Shown piece after piece: positions 49,910-60,158 of a DNA stretch of 64,000 nt (its first letter is position 1; every line of letters begins with the position of its first letter). The DNA is from an uncultured Bacteroidota bacterium (GTDB lineage Bacteria > Bacteroidota > Bacteroidia > NS11-12g > UBA955), in contig CALMKH010000049.1 of the NCBI GenBank assembly GCA_937867025.1, positions 192-64,191 of the forward strand, given 5' to 3'. The position numbers were made by a program, and so were the translations under genes. A model generated the notes under the pieces. The model worked only from the letters and a program-made list of their open reading frames with translations, was not told where the DNA came from and made no database searches.

Positions 49910-50533
49910 ATGAATATTCAATACATACTTGAGCTGGCTGGCACTTGTTTCTTCGCGGTTTCGGGAGCGCTGGTGGCAACAAGGAAGTCGGAACAGGACT
50001 GGTTCGGCGTTACCTTTATTGGATTTATAACTGCCATCGGCGGTGGAAGTTTACGCGACATGCTGCTTGGCTCATATCCCCTGGCCTGGGTGGAGAACGT
50101 GTACTTCCTGTACGCTATTTTTGCAGGTATTCTGATGACGAGGTTATTCTACCGGCAGATCATGAAACGCAGCAAGGAACGTTTTATATTCGACACGCTG
50201 GGGATAGCCCTGTTTACCATTCTTGGAACAGAGAAAGCGCTTGACCTCGGTGTGAATCCTGTCATTGCAGCGATCATGGGTATGTTGTCGGCCATTATGG
50301 GCGGCGTCATCCGCGACGTACTCACCAACGAAATACCGGTATTGTTCAGAAAAGAAGTGTATGCCTCTGCCTGTCTTGCTGGCGCCGCATTATACCTCTG
50401 CCTGGATTATTTCGATGCAGATAAAAACTATAATTATTTTTTTTCAGCTTCACTGATCTTCGGTATCAGGTATGCGGCTGTGAAATTCAACTTATCCCTG
50501 CCAAAGTTTAAAGTCAGACCGGTTGACAGCTGA
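49910..50533 (+). CDS. Trimeric intracellular cation channel family protein (UPF0126/YadS)
   Basis: FAVSGA, TAIGGGSLRD and GGVIRDV duplicated motifs. Confidence 0.9.
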   Translation: MNIQYILELAGTCFFAVSGALVATRKSEQDWFGVTFIGFITAIGGGSLRDMLLGSYPLAWVENVYFLYAIFAGILMTRLFYRQIMKRSKERFIFDTLGIALFTILGTEKALDLGVNPVIAAIMGMLSAIMGGVIRDVLTNEIPVLFRKEVYASACLAGAALYLCLDYFDADKNYNYFFSASLIFGIRYAAVKFNLSLPKFKVRPVDS

Positions 50534-50551
50534 CGGGTGAGCTGCTCCACA

Positions 50552-51190
50552 CTAGAACAAGCCGTTGAGCTCGGCTTCTATCTTATTGATCACAAAATTG
50601 GCATCATTCGGATCATTCTCAAAGTCGAGCTCATCAATATTGAGCACGACCATTTTTCCAAGCTTGTAAGTGGATATCCATGCCTCATAACGTTCATTCA
50701 GGCGCTTGAGGTAATCCAGGCGTATACTGTCTTCATAATCCCTGCCCCTTTGCTGTATCTGTCTCACCAGGGTAGGTATCGTACCCCTGAGGTAGATAAG
50801 CAGGTCGGGCGGCTGTATCATGGCATTCAAGGAGTTGAACAATGCGACATAATTCTCATAATCCCTTGTACTCATAAGACCCATGGCATGAAGATTCGGC
50901 GCGAAGATATTGGCATCTTCATAAATCGTCCTGTCCTGTATAATAGGTTTCTGGTTTTCGCGGATCTTTCTGATGTTGTTGTAGCGTACGTTCAAAAAAT
51001 AAACCTGCAGGTTAAAACTCCAGCGCTGCATGTCTTCATAAAAGTCGCTGATATAAGGATTATCATCCATGTCCTCCAATTGGACCTCCCATCCGTAATG
51101 TTTTGCAAGCATGTTGGTAAGCGTGGTTTTGCCGCTGCCTATATTACCCGCTACAGCGATATGCATGACCTTATTCTTTGTCTTACTCAT
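50552..51190 (-). CDS. Deoxynucleoside kinase (start uncertain)
   Basis: AGNIGSGKTT, QDRTIYED, PDLLIYL and RGRDYE. Confidence 0.93.
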   Translation of the reverse strand: MSKTKNKVMHIAVAGNIGSGKTTLTNMLAKHYGWEVQLEDMDDNPYISDFYEDMQRWSFNLQVYFLNVRYNNIRKIRENQKPIIQDRTIYEDANIFAPNLHAMGLMSTRDYENYVALFNSLNAMIQPPDLLIYLRGTIPTLVRQIQQRGRDYEDSIRLDYLKRLNERYEAWISTYKLGKMVVLNIDELDFENDPNDANFVINKIEAELNGLF

Positions 51191-51253
51191 TTGGTGCAAA
51201 CATATTGAAATAATTCTAATATATCAGTCAAATCTTGAAATTGTGGAAATTTA

Positions 51254-52060
51254 TTAAGCAGCCTCTTTCAGGGGCTTATAAACGAAGAGCCATACCAATG
51301 TAACCATACCCATGAATACACCTAAATTCATAAGCCACCAGTCCATCAAATGGAACAATACGATAAAACATGCAAGCCACTTATGAAACCTTGTTGTCAG
51401 CAGCCCGGTCACAAAGCTAATCTGAAGTAACATACCGCACAGGAAAAAACCATACCCCGCCCACGGATGCCCTATAAGCCACATGACCGTCTGACTGCGG
51501 AATGTATCCGGTTCAAAATACAGGTAAGCGGCATGTTGGTTCTGCAACACATTGGTGAAGCTATCCCATACCATCCAGGCGCCATGGAATAATTTGGAGA
51601 AACCCGCAAAGGCGTAAGAAAGACATGTGAGCATACCGGCCAATCTGACAGCGTGCGGAAATACAGTATCCTTGAAATAAAAAGGCAGTAGGGCAAAATG
51701 AAAGCCGAATAAATGATGGGTATGATACCCCAGCTTGTAATTGAACTGCAACTGGTAAAAGAGCAGCAGTATGCCTGACAATACAGTAAAACCCCTCTTA
51801 TCAATGAACGCTATACTGACGATAAAGGAAAATATGAGCAATACGTCGAAGGCCATGGCATTAAACTGGTTGTGCAGAACCAGTTTCGGAAGACCTGACC
51901 AATGCATTAACCAGTATGTGACATCGGCACCCTTGTAATAGAACGGTGAATCGAAAATATGATGCAGCATCATGCCCGAATACCAGAAATACATAAGTGC
52001 CAGGGCTATGACCGAAAGCACTAGGCGTTTCCAGAAGAATATATTACTTCGGTAATTCAT
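51254..52060 (-). CDS. HTTM-like multi-pass membrane protein
   Basis: Multiple TMs with Y..AG..KL (SYAFAGFSKL) and FH motifs. Confidence 0.6.
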   Translation of the reverse strand: MNYRSNIFFWKRLVLSVIALALMYFWYSGMMLHHIFDSPFYYKGADVTYWLMHWSGLPKLVLHNQFNAMAFDVLLIFSFIVSIAFIDKRGFTVLSGILLLFYQLQFNYKLGYHTHHLFGFHFALLPFYFKDTVFPHAVRLAGMLTCLSYAFAGFSKLFHGAWMVWDSFTNVLQNQHAAYLYFEPDTFRSQTVMWLIGHPWAGYGFFLCGMLLQISFVTGLLTTRFHKWLACFIVLFHLMDWWLMNLGVFMGMVTLVWLFVYKPLKEAA

Positions 52061-52613
52061 TCTCTGACGTACTGTTCAATAAGCGGAATGTTTTTACTTC
52101 CCCGTCCCTGAAACCGAATTCTACAGGTTCGCATGACTCGGAATCAATGCCTATCCTGTCCATATAAACATTAAACCATTCCCTGAACCTTGTAAGTTCA
52201 TCGCAATCGGTTTTATTGGTATCGTGAAATCCGAGCCTTTGAAGCCTGTGGTTCATCTGGTTGCAATGATCGGATTTCAATAATATATCATACCTTGTCG
52301 GCAGTATTTCCAGCATCAGGAAACCCTGCCCCCTGGCCTTGTAAATATTTGCAATGCCTGTAGCTGATCCTGCAGGGCATGCGGGCAATATCTGTTTGTA
52401 TGTTTCCTGGGCTTTCATCGGATCGCTGTAAAGTGCGAAATATCCCAGTGGTGTAATTTCCGTCCTGGCGGCGAACTGCGCAAAATACAGGATCAATATA
52501 ATAGCAGCAAAGAGAAAAAATGAAGGATGGGCTTTCCTCAGGACCTTAATTTCATGTAGTCTTTTCTTAAACATAAAAGTATTTGATACGGCCTGAAGAT
52601 TTCCTTTCTTCAA
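52044..52613 (-). CDS. Hypothetical single-TM protein coupled to the HTTM-like gene
   Basis: N-terminal TM followed by EITPLGYFALYS; overlaps both neighbours. Confidence 0.6.
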   Translation of the reverse strand: MKKGNLQAVSNTFMFKKRLHEIKVLRKAHPSFFLFAAIILILYFAQFAARTEITPLGYFALYSDPMKAQETYKQILPACPAGSATGIANIYKARGQGFLMLEILPTRYDILLKSDHCNQMNHRLQRLGFHDTNKTDCDELTRFREWFNVYMDRIGIDSESCEPVEFGFRDGEVKTFRLLNSTSENELPK

Positions 52614-53614
52614 TAGAATTTTCTAAACCCGATGAGTTCCCTTACCTCACGTATGGTCTTATCAGCGCTTTCACCGGCCTTTTCAGCGCCCTGCCTGGCG
52701 ATCCTGCTCAAACTTGCATCATCGTTCAAAACATCATTTATACGTTCCCTGAAAGGCGCGATGAATGTTTCCATATCGTTGGCGAGCTGTGTTTTCATAT
52801 CTCCGAACCTGATGGTTCCGTCGTAATATGCCTTGTCGAACTGGGCGACAACATCCTCCCTGCTCACGAGCTCCATCAGCGTAAACAGGTTTTGTATGGG
52901 CAAAGGTTTTTCCGTGCCCGGTTCACTGGGACCGTCAACGCTGGCAGTAACAGCCTTCATTATCTTTTTCCTTAGAGAATCTGCCTCCTCCGACATATAA
53001 ATCGTATCGGCTTCCCCGGCGCTTTTGCTCATTTTGCCGAGTCCTGTAAGTCCCGGAACTTTCACCAAAGCCTGGTTGAAATTAAAGGCCTGAGGTTCAG
53101 GAAAATATTCTGCATGGTATAAGCGGTTGAACCTGTTACCGAAAGTACGCGCCATTTCCAGGTGCTGTTCCTGGTCTTTTCCAACCGGCACCTTCTCTCC
53201 CTTGTGCAAAAGGATGTCTGCTGCCATAAGCACCGGATAGGTTAACAGACCTGCATTCACATTATCCGGATGGCTTCTCGCTTTTTCTTTAAAAGAGCTT
53301 ACCCTTTCAAGTTCGCCTTTATATGCGTTCATATTCAGAAAAAGGTAAAGCTCAGCTGTCTGCGGCAAGTCACTCTGGAGATAAAGCGTGCATTTATCTG
53401 GGTCGAGTCCGAGAGCCACATATTCCGCCAGAACCCGTTTAACAGAACCATGGAGGTCTTTGGGTGTGGGATGCGTTGTCAGCGAGTGGTAATCGGCTAT
53501 AAAAAAGAATGTGTCATAATCTTCCTGCATACGGATAAAATTCTTAACCGCGCCGAAATAGTTGCCAAGGTGCAATTTGCCTGTAGGCCTTATACCGCTT
53601 ACTACTTTTTCCAT
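52610..53614 (-). CDS. trpS: Tryptophan--tRNA ligase
   Basis: HLGN (HIGH motif), YPVLMAADI, VPVGKDQ and KMSKS. Confidence 0.98.
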   Translation of the reverse strand: MEKVVSGIRPTGKLHLGNYFGAVKNFIRMQEDYDTFFFIADYHSLTTHPTPKDLHGSVKRVLAEYVALGLDPDKCTLYLQSDLPQTAELYLFLNMNAYKGELERVSSFKEKARSHPDNVNAGLLTYPVLMAADILLHKGEKVPVGKDQEQHLEMARTFGNRFNRLYHAEYFPEPQAFNFNQALVKVPGLTGLGKMSKSAGEADTIYMSEEADSLRKKIMKAVTASVDGPSEPGTEKPLPIQNLFTLMELVSREDVVAQFDKAYYDGTIRFGDMKTQLANDMETFIAPFRERINDVLNDDASLSRIARQGAEKAGESADKTIREVRELIGFRKFY

Positions 53615-53737
53615 TTTACGAGTGGCAAACTTACAAAAATTTGCGTATTTACGGTGCGTAGCCTGCCATTATTTGTCCTTAAATTTTTTTTTCATGATAA
53701 TATTGCTAATTTTGACGTCCTTAAAAAGTGCACTCCC

Positions 53738-54730
53738 ATGAAAGCAGTCATTCCTGTAGCTGGTATTGGCACCCGGCTCAGGCCACATACTCATACGCAA
53801 CCGAAGTCTCTCATACCTGTCGCAGGTAAGCCGATTCTGGCCCATATAGTCGACCAGCTTGTCGAGGCGGGCATTGATGATTTTGTTTTTATCATCGGTT
53901 ATCTTGGAGATAAGATAGAAGAATATATATCAAAGACTTATCCATCGATCAAAACCTCTTTTGTCATGCAGACCACAGGTAAAGGAACAGGACATGCCAT
54001 ATGGCTGGCCAAGGATGCTATAGGGAACGAACCGATACTGGTTGTATTCGGCGATACGATATGCGAGGTTGACTGGAAGGAAATCATTAATTCAAAAACA
54101 TCCATCCTGGGTGTGAAGAAAGTGGATGATCCGAGGCAATTCGGCGTGGCTGAAGTGGATAAAGACGGAAAGATATTCCGGCTGGTTGAGAAACCGTCAA
54201 TCCCCAAATCCAACCTTGCGTTGGTCGGCATCTACAAAATTCTTGAGACGAAAGAACTGATGACCTGCCTGACCAGCAATATTGAAAACAACCTGAAAAC
54301 CCTGAATGAATTTCACCTGACCGATGCCATGATGTGCATGGTGGCATTGGGCACGGAGTTCTATACCTATAATGTCACCTCATGGTTCGATTGCGGCAAA
54401 AAGGAAATATTGCTTCAGACCAATCAGCTTCTGCTGAGGCGTGGCAATTTTAACACGATTGACAAGGAAGCCGTTCACAATTCGATTATCATACCGCCGG
54501 TATTTATCGGCAAAGGGTGCAAGATATCCAACAGCATTGTAGGTCCTAACGTCAGCATCGGGGAGAATGTGCATGTGGAATCGTCCATTATCAAGGAGTC
54601 GATCATAGGGCCCTTTGCAGAGCTGAATTATGCCGTCCTCACCAATTCACTCATTGGCAACGATGCTTCATTGCAGGGAACGATGCACAGTTTAAACCTT
54701 GGCGACAGCGCCGAAATCAATTTCGGATAA
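53738..54730 (+). CDS. Sugar-phosphate nucleotidyltransferase with left-handed beta-helix tail
   Basis: MKAVIPVAGIGTRLRP..PK, VEKP and WFDCG; the ORF track's upstream extension overlaps trpS. Confidence 0.92.
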   Translation: MKAVIPVAGIGTRLRPHTHTQPKSLIPVAGKPILAHIVDQLVEAGIDDFVFIIGYLGDKIEEYISKTYPSIKTSFVMQTTGKGTGHAIWLAKDAIGNEPILVVFGDTICEVDWKEIINSKTSILGVKKVDDPRQFGVAEVDKDGKIFRLVEKPSIPKSNLALVGIYKILETKELMTCLTSNIENNLKTLNEFHLTDAMMCMVALGTEFYTYNVTSWFDCGKKEILLQTNQLLLRRGNFNTIDKEAVHNSIIIPPVFIGKGCKISNSIVGPNVSIGENVHVESSIIKESIIGPFAELNYAVLTNSLIGNDASLQGTMHSLNLGDSAEINFG

Positions 54731-54731
54731 T

Positions 54732-55289
54732 ATGTATTCACAGGAAGAGATAATAAGGGCTCATGGCCCGTACAAATCCGTCCAGCAGGCTGATCCAGCC
54801 TTTATCAGGGACTGCATAAAAGAGATACAGGGCTTCCCCTCTGTTCTCGAAACATTCGTCAGCCAGCTGAAACCTGAACACTATGATGTTTCGTACCGCG
54901 ACGGTGGCTGGACTTTCAGGCAGGTCATTCACCACCTGGCTGACAGCCATATGCAGGCGTATACGCGTTTTAAGCTTGCACTTACGGAGGAGAAGCCTAC
55001 CATCAAGCCCTATATTCAGGACCTCTGGGCCGGCACGAAGGATTCGACATCCACGAACCCCGGCATATCGGTTCAATTGCTGAAGGCTCTGCATGCACGC
55101 TGGTGCGTTCTTTTGGAAAGTCTTACTTCTGCAGATTTCGAAAAGTCATATATCCACCCGGAATATAACAGGGAATATAAATTATTTGACGTACTTGGCT
55201 TATATGCCTGGCATGGAAAACATCACTACACCCAGCTTGAACGGTATGCGTCGAACCAGGCATGGATCCAAAACGGAAACCTAAAATAA
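54732..55289 (+). CDS. YfiT/BstA DinB-family (bacillithiol) transferase
   Basis: YRDGGWT.RQVIHHLADSH, KLALTE..PTIKPY and WHGKHH. Confidence 0.9.
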   Translation: MYSQEEIIRAHGPYKSVQQADPAFIRDCIKEIQGFPSVLETFVSQLKPEHYDVSYRDGGWTFRQVIHHLADSHMQAYTRFKLALTEEKPTIKPYIQDLWAGTKDSTSTNPGISVQLLKALHARWCVLLESLTSADFEKSYIHPEYNREYKLFDVLGLYAWHGKHHYTQLERYASNQAWIQNGNLK

Positions 55290-55305
55290 ACAAACAAATA
55301 AAGCT

Positions 55306-55731
55306 ATGGAAGCAAACAGCAAAACAAGTATCCGGATAGAGGCCCTGGTGAATGCCCCTGTCGACAAGGTTTGGAACTACTGGAACCAGCCCGAACATGT
55401 AACACAATGGAATAATGCCAGCGAAGATTGGCACACCCCTAAAGCCGAAAACGATCTCAGGACCGGAGGTGCATTCACTTACCGCATGGAAGCAAAAGAT
55501 GGAAGCTTCGGGTTTGACTTCGGCGGTATTTACGACGAGGTAAAAAAACATGAACTCATCTCATATACAATGAGCGATGGCCGAAAGGTAAAAACCACCT
55601 TTGAAGCGCAGGGAAATACCACCAGGGTAACAACCGTATTTGATGCAGAGAATGAAAACCCTGCAGAAATGCAAAAACAGGGCTGGCAGGCGATACTCAA
55701 CAACTTTAAGGCTTACACTGAGAAAAACTGA
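55306..55731 (+). CDS. SRPBCC/AHA1 domain protein
   Basis: WN.PEH..QWN.AS.DW, RMEAKDGSFGFDF and QGWQAIL. Confidence 0.9.
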   Translation: MEANSKTSIRIEALVNAPVDKVWNYWNQPEHVTQWNNASEDWHTPKAENDLRTGGAFTYRMEAKDGSFGFDFGGIYDEVKKHELISYTMSDGRKVKTTFEAQGNTTRVTTVFDAENENPAEMQKQGWQAILNNFKAYTEKN

Positions 55732-55885
55732 GAACTGAACTCTAATTTATAGTTTGTTCTGCTCTTTTATCTCCCTGTCTGTGGCTGCCTGAGGCCCTAT
55801 GGCAAATGCAGCTGAAAAACCCCAAACCGGAATGTTACACATTCCGCCAACTGATACGCTCTTCAAACCTAACCTAAAAGTATAC

Positions 55886-56371
55886 ATGCGACCTATTATC
55901 AAAACCATTTCTGAAAAAAAACTGGCCGGCATGCGTCTTTCGATGAACCTGGTGAACAACCGCACGCCTGAACTCTGGAGAAGCTTTATGCCCAGGAGGC
56001 ATGAACTTGACAATAAAATGCCTGACGTTTTTTATTCCATGCAGGTATTTGATACATCTTACAGCTTTATCCGGTTTGATCCTGAAGCAATGTTCGAAAA
56101 ATGGGCGGCTGTCGAAGTCAGCAATTTTGACCAAATGCCAGAAGGGATGGAATCATTTATATTGCCGGGCGGCTTGTATGCCGTATTTCACCATAAAGGT
56201 CCGGCGAGTGACGGACCAAAGGTTTTCGGCTATATTTTCGGCTCATGGCTGCCTGCTTCCCCGTATGAGCTGGATTCACGACCCCATTTCGAAACTCTCG
56301 GGGAAACTTACAGAGCCGATTCCCCGGATGCGGAAGAAGACATATGGATACCTATCCGGATAAAGGAATAA
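55886..56371 (+). CDS. GyrI-like small-molecule binding protein
   Basis: LWRSFMP, EKWAAVEV, GGLYAVF.HKG and RPHFE..EEDIWIP. Confidence 0.88.
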   Translation: MRPIIKTISEKKLAGMRLSMNLVNNRTPELWRSFMPRRHELDNKMPDVFYSMQVFDTSYSFIRFDPEAMFEKWAAVEVSNFDQMPEGMESFILPGGLYAVFHHKGPASDGPKVFGYIFGSWLPASPYELDSRPHFETLGETYRADSPDAEEDIWIPIRIKE

Positions 56372-56465
56372 GCCGCATTGTTTTATACTGAAGTTGTCAA
56401 TGGGGATTTAACCTTAACTTTGCTCCATCAAACTCAAAAACATTTTTTCACCGGGAGTCAAGCTG

Positions 56466-57323
56466 ATGCTGATAGCCAGCATTTCCTTTGCATGGATGAA
56501 TATCTGTGTGAAGTACATTGGTCGCATCCCCATTTTTGAGGTTATACTTTTCAGGGCAGGAATTACGCTGATATTGAGTTATTTCATATTAAGAAGGAAA
56601 AAGGTCAATCCCTGGGGCGTGCATCACCGGTTTCTTATCGCCCGCGGTTTTTTCGGCGCATGCGGGCTTATCTGCTACTTTTACACGCTTCAACATATGC
56701 ACATGGCCAACGCCATAGTCATACATTATCTAAGTCCCATATTTACAACCCTCATTGCCCTGGTGTTTTTAAAAGAGAGGATCAGGCTGATACAGCTGCT
56801 GGCTTTCGGCGTGTCGTTTACAGGAGTGATACTTGTAAAAGGATTTGCAAATGTCAATATGTTCGATTTTATGATGGGAGTTGCCGGCGCGTTTTTTACA
56901 GGACTCGCCTACAATGCCATAAGAAACATGAAAGACCGTGAGGATGCAGATGTCATCATCTTTTACCAGCCTTTAGTCGCATTTCCCGTCATGCTGATGT
57001 ATTTCCTTATATTTCCTGTTCCGCCTGTCATGCCTCAGGGAATGGAATGGTTATTCCTGATCGGGACCGGAGTGTTTACACAGATTGGTCAATACTACGT
57101 GACCAGAGCATACCAGATGGATACAGCGGCGCGTATAAGCAGTGTCAGTTATATCGGCATTATCTGGGCTGTCCTTGCAGGAAAATTCCTGTTTGACGAC
57201 ACATATCCCTTATCGGTATTAAGTGGCATGACCGTTGTATTGGCAGGCGTTTTTCTCAACCTTAATGCGTTGAAATTTTACAAGCTTATCAGCAAGATCA
57301 GGAACCTGTTTGTCCCACAATGA
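56466..57323 (+). CDS. DMT/EamA family transporter
   Basis: Ten TMs; SPIFTT..A..FLKE motif. Confidence 0.9.
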   Translation: MLIASISFAWMNICVKYIGRIPIFEVILFRAGITLILSYFILRRKKVNPWGVHHRFLIARGFFGACGLICYFYTLQHMHMANAIVIHYLSPIFTTLIALVFLKERIRLIQLLAFGVSFTGVILVKGFANVNMFDFMMGVAGAFFTGLAYNAIRNMKDREDADVIIFYQPLVAFPVMLMYFLIFPVPPVMPQGMEWLFLIGTGVFTQIGQYYVTRAYQMDTAARISSVSYIGIIWAVLAGKFLFDDTYPLSVLSGMTVVLAGVFLNLNALKFYKLISKIRNLFVPQ

Positions 57324-57329
57324 TCGCGG

Positions 57330-57854
57330 TCACCGGACAATATACAGAATTCCGAAACCCACCTTATGTAACCTTGCCCATGAAACCGGAGTCACAGATC
57401 GTCCATAGTTAAACCTGAATTCAAGGGGCTGCCCTCCTATCATCCACCTGGCTCCGGCATAATAATTCGTGTAGTATGTATAGCGTCTGTCAAACCTGCT
57501 GTTATTCATCCCCGATCCACCAGCACCGATGAAGAGTGAGTATTCCCTTCTTGATTCAGGCAGCCGGTTCAGTGTAAAACCATATTCAACGGCCACAGGG
57601 ATTTCCACCATGATGGGGCTGCTTGACCTGGCTGATGAAACATACTTACCTATAGTTATCGGTGCCACAAGTGCAAGAGATGTTTTCCGGGCATCATACA
57701 CCATCCTGGGCGTATACATAACCGACAGCATCTCCCAATTACCAAACGCTCCGCTATATGAAGCATACTGCCCCCCGATCCCATGAGAGTATCTCTGAGC
57801 CTGGATGGCAAAATAATTGAGAATAATCATTGACGTGACAGCTAAGCTTTTCAT
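57330..57854 (-). CDS. Hypothetical exported protein, possible small beta-barrel
   Basis: Signal peptide (IQA|Q) and alternating aromatic/Gly strands. Confidence 0.6.
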   Translation of the reverse strand: MKSLAVTSMIILNYFAIQAQRYSHGIGGQYASYSGAFGNWEMLSVMYTPRMVYDARKTSLALVAPITIGKYVSSARSSSPIMVEIPVAVEYGFTLNRLPESRREYSLFIGAGGSGMNNSRFDRRYTYYTNYYAGARWMIGGQPLEFRFNYGRSVTPVSWARLHKVGFGILYIVR

Positions 57855-57906
57855 GATATTATTTGAACAAATATAAGAAATGTAAACTTACTGTCAAGAA
57901 TAATTT

Positions 57907-58158
57907 TCAGTATATGTTTTTCCTATGCCCTATTGCGACGATATCCACATATAATGACAAATCAATAACTTCGTAAATAATACGATAATCTGAAACTCTT
58001 ATTCTATAAGCATCGCGACCTCTCAATTTCTTGCATCCCTGTGGCCGTGGATTATCCGCCAGATTATCAATCGCCTGTTTTATTCTGGAATATACCGGAT
58101 CGTAAATGGATTCAAGGGACTTTACCGCAGACTTGCTTAACCGGACGGTGTACCTCAT
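57907..58158 (-). CDS. relE: Type II toxin, RelE/ParE family
   Basis: NPRPQGCKKL.G..YRIRVSDYRIIYE..IGHRKNIY. Confidence 0.93.
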   Translation of the reverse strand: MRYTVRLSKSAVKSLESIYDPVYSRIKQAIDNLADNPRPQGCKKLRGRDAYRIRVSDYRIIYEVIDLSLYVDIVAIGHRKNIY

Positions 58159-58373
58159 TATTTTTTTCTGGTGCGACGCTTGCTCTCAATGGATTTAAAA
58201 GCCTTCCCATAAGGAACCAAGGGCTCATTGGCCGCTTTAACCTTATCATATGACTGAATATCCTGAAGTTCTTCAAGCGAAGCCATCAAAGCTTCAAACT
58301 CCTTTATAGGGAGTATAACGGAAACCTTCTTTCCGTTTTTGTCTAAAACAAATTACGGGTTAAGTGAACTCAT
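58158..58373 (-). pseudogene. Cognate antitoxin gene with an in-frame TAA at codon 7
   Basis: MSSLNP*FVLDKNGKKVSVILPIKEFEALMASLEELQDIQSYDKVK...RRTRKK*; its stop overlaps the relE ATG (TAATG). Confidence 0.85.
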
Positions 58374-58520
58374 AACAAAAATTATTTTAACGCTACAAAC
58401 CTATCAGATTTTTCAACGTTTTAAAAGATATTTTTCCTCCTTTTAACAATTAACCCAAAAGGGAAGTCAAGTAGCCCTGAACACAGAGAATTCTTATTGT
58501 CCTGAAAAGGAAATACGTGC

Positions 58521-60158
58521 TTACGTCTGAAGAACGCCTACATTAAAAGGTTTTACAGGTGCATGATTCGCCATGGCAATACCTTCGCTGAGCACTTTCC
58601 TGGTCTCCATGGGATCAATGATGCCGTCGACCCATAACCTCGCCGCTGCATAATACGGTGACAGCTGATTTTCATACCGGGCCATGATCTTGTCCAGCAA
58701 AGCCTTCTCGGCTTCGGGAGTGATTTTCTCGCCTTTGGCCTCAAGGCTGGCCTTTTCAATCTGCAACAGCACCTTCCCTGCCTGTTCGCCCCCCATTACC
58801 GCTATCCTGGCGCTCGGCCACGCATATATCAGCCTCGGATCGTACGCCTTGCCGCACATAGCGTAGTTCCCGGCTCCATAACTGTTGCCGATGATAATGG
58901 TGAACTTCGGCACAGTACTGTTGCTCATGGCATTCACCATTTTAGCCCCGTCCTTTATAATTCCCGCGTGTTCGCTCCTGCTCCCAACCATGAAACCGGT
59001 GACATCCTGTAAAAATACAAGCGGTATCTTTTTCTGGTTGCAATTCATAATGAACCGGGCCGCCTTATCGGCGCTGTCATTATAAATAACACCGCCAAAC
59101 TGCATTTCGCCCTTTTTATTCTTGCTCAGCAGTCTGTTATTGGCAACGATGCCTACTGCCCACCCGTCGATCCTTGCATATCCGCACAAAATGGTTTTTC
59201 CATAACCTTCTTTGTATTCCTCAAATTCGCTCTTGTCAACCAGATGCTCAATCAGGTTTTTGGTGTCATATGGCTTGGCCCTGTCCACAGGCAACAGACC
59301 GAATATCTCTTTCATGTCCTTAGCCGGCATTTTGGGTTCTGCACGGTCAAAACCTGCCTCTTCAAACCTGCCTATTTTATCCATGATGTATTTTATACGG
59401 TCGAGGCAGGATTTATCATCCGGAAACCTGTCATCAATGACCCCTGAAATCTCGCTCTGTGAAATGCTTCCGCCGAGTGTTTCGTTATCAATATCCTCAC
59501 CTATTGCAGCCTTGACAAGATAACTTCCCGCCAGGAATATGGATCCTGTCTTATCCACTATCAGCGCCTCGTCGCTCATAATGGGGAGATACGCCCCGCC
59601 CGCCACGCAACTGCCCATTACTGCCGCTATCTGGGTGATTCCCATGCTGCTCATGATGGCATTGTTCCTGAAGATCCGCCCGAAATGTTCTTTGTCCGGG
59701 AATATCTCGTCCTGCATGGGGAGAAACACACCGGCACTGTCGACCAGGTATATGATAGGCAGCCGGTTTTCCATAGCTATTTCCTGTGCCCTCAGGTTTT
59801 TCTTTCCTGTAATAGGGAACCAGGCACCGGCCTTTACAGTCGCATCATTTGCCACAATCATGCACTGCCTGCCGCTGACATAACCTATGCCGCAAACCAC
59901 GCCGCCACCGGGACAGCCACCGTATTCAGGATACATGCCGTCCCCTGCAAAGGCCCCCACTTCCGTGAAAGGAGTGTCTTTATCCCGGAGATAATCGATA
60001 CGTTCGCGCGCCAGAAGCTTCCCTTTTTCCTTCTGTTTGACGGCAGCCTTTTCGCCTCCCCCAAGACACACTTTCTTGTGTTTGCTTTTCAACTCGTAAA
60101 CCAGTTGTTTGTTATGATCCTCGTTCTTGTTGAACTCTATATCTATTTTAGTCGACAT
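58521..60158 (-). CDS. Acyl-CoA carboxylase beta subunit (methylcrotonyl-CoA carboxylase-like)
   Basis: ANDATVKAG, DSAGVFLP.Q, GSCVAGGAY, GFMVG and SYGAGNYAMCG. Confidence 0.93.
   Translation of the reverse strand: MSTKIDIEFNKNEDHNKQLVYELKSKHKKVCLGGGEKAAVKQKEKGKLLARERIDYLRDKDTPFTEVGAFAGDGMYPEYGGCPGGGVVCGIGYVSGRQCMIVANDATVKAGAWFPITGKKNLRAQEIAMENRLPIIYLVDSAGVFLPMQDEIFPDKEHFGRIFRNNAIMSSMGITQIAAVMGSCVAGGAYLPIMSDEALIVDKTGSIFLAGSYLVKAAIGEDIDNETLGGSISQSEISGVIDDRFPDDKSCLDRIKYIMDKIGRFEEAGFDRAEPKMPAKDMKEIFGLLPVDRAKPYDTKNLIEHLVDKSEFEEYKEGYGKTILCGYARIDGWAVGIVANNRLLSKNKKGEMQFGGVIYNDSADKAARFIMNCNQKKIPLVFLQDVTGFMVGSRSEHAGIIKDGAKMVNAMSNSTVPKFTIIIGNSYGAGNYAMCGKAYDPRLIYAWPSARIAVMGGEQAGKVLLQIEKASLEAKGEKITPEAEKALLDKIMARYENQLSPYYAAARLWVDGIIDPMETRKVLSEGIAMANHAPVKPFNVGVLQT

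Noticed and set aside
50537..51208. 223-aa + strand ORF
   Set aside because: Antisense shadow of the deoxynucleoside kinase.
53270..53737. N-terminal extension of the nucleotidyltransferase in the ORF track
   Set aside because: It overlaps trpS on the opposite strand; the family N-terminus MKAVIPVAG begins at 53738.
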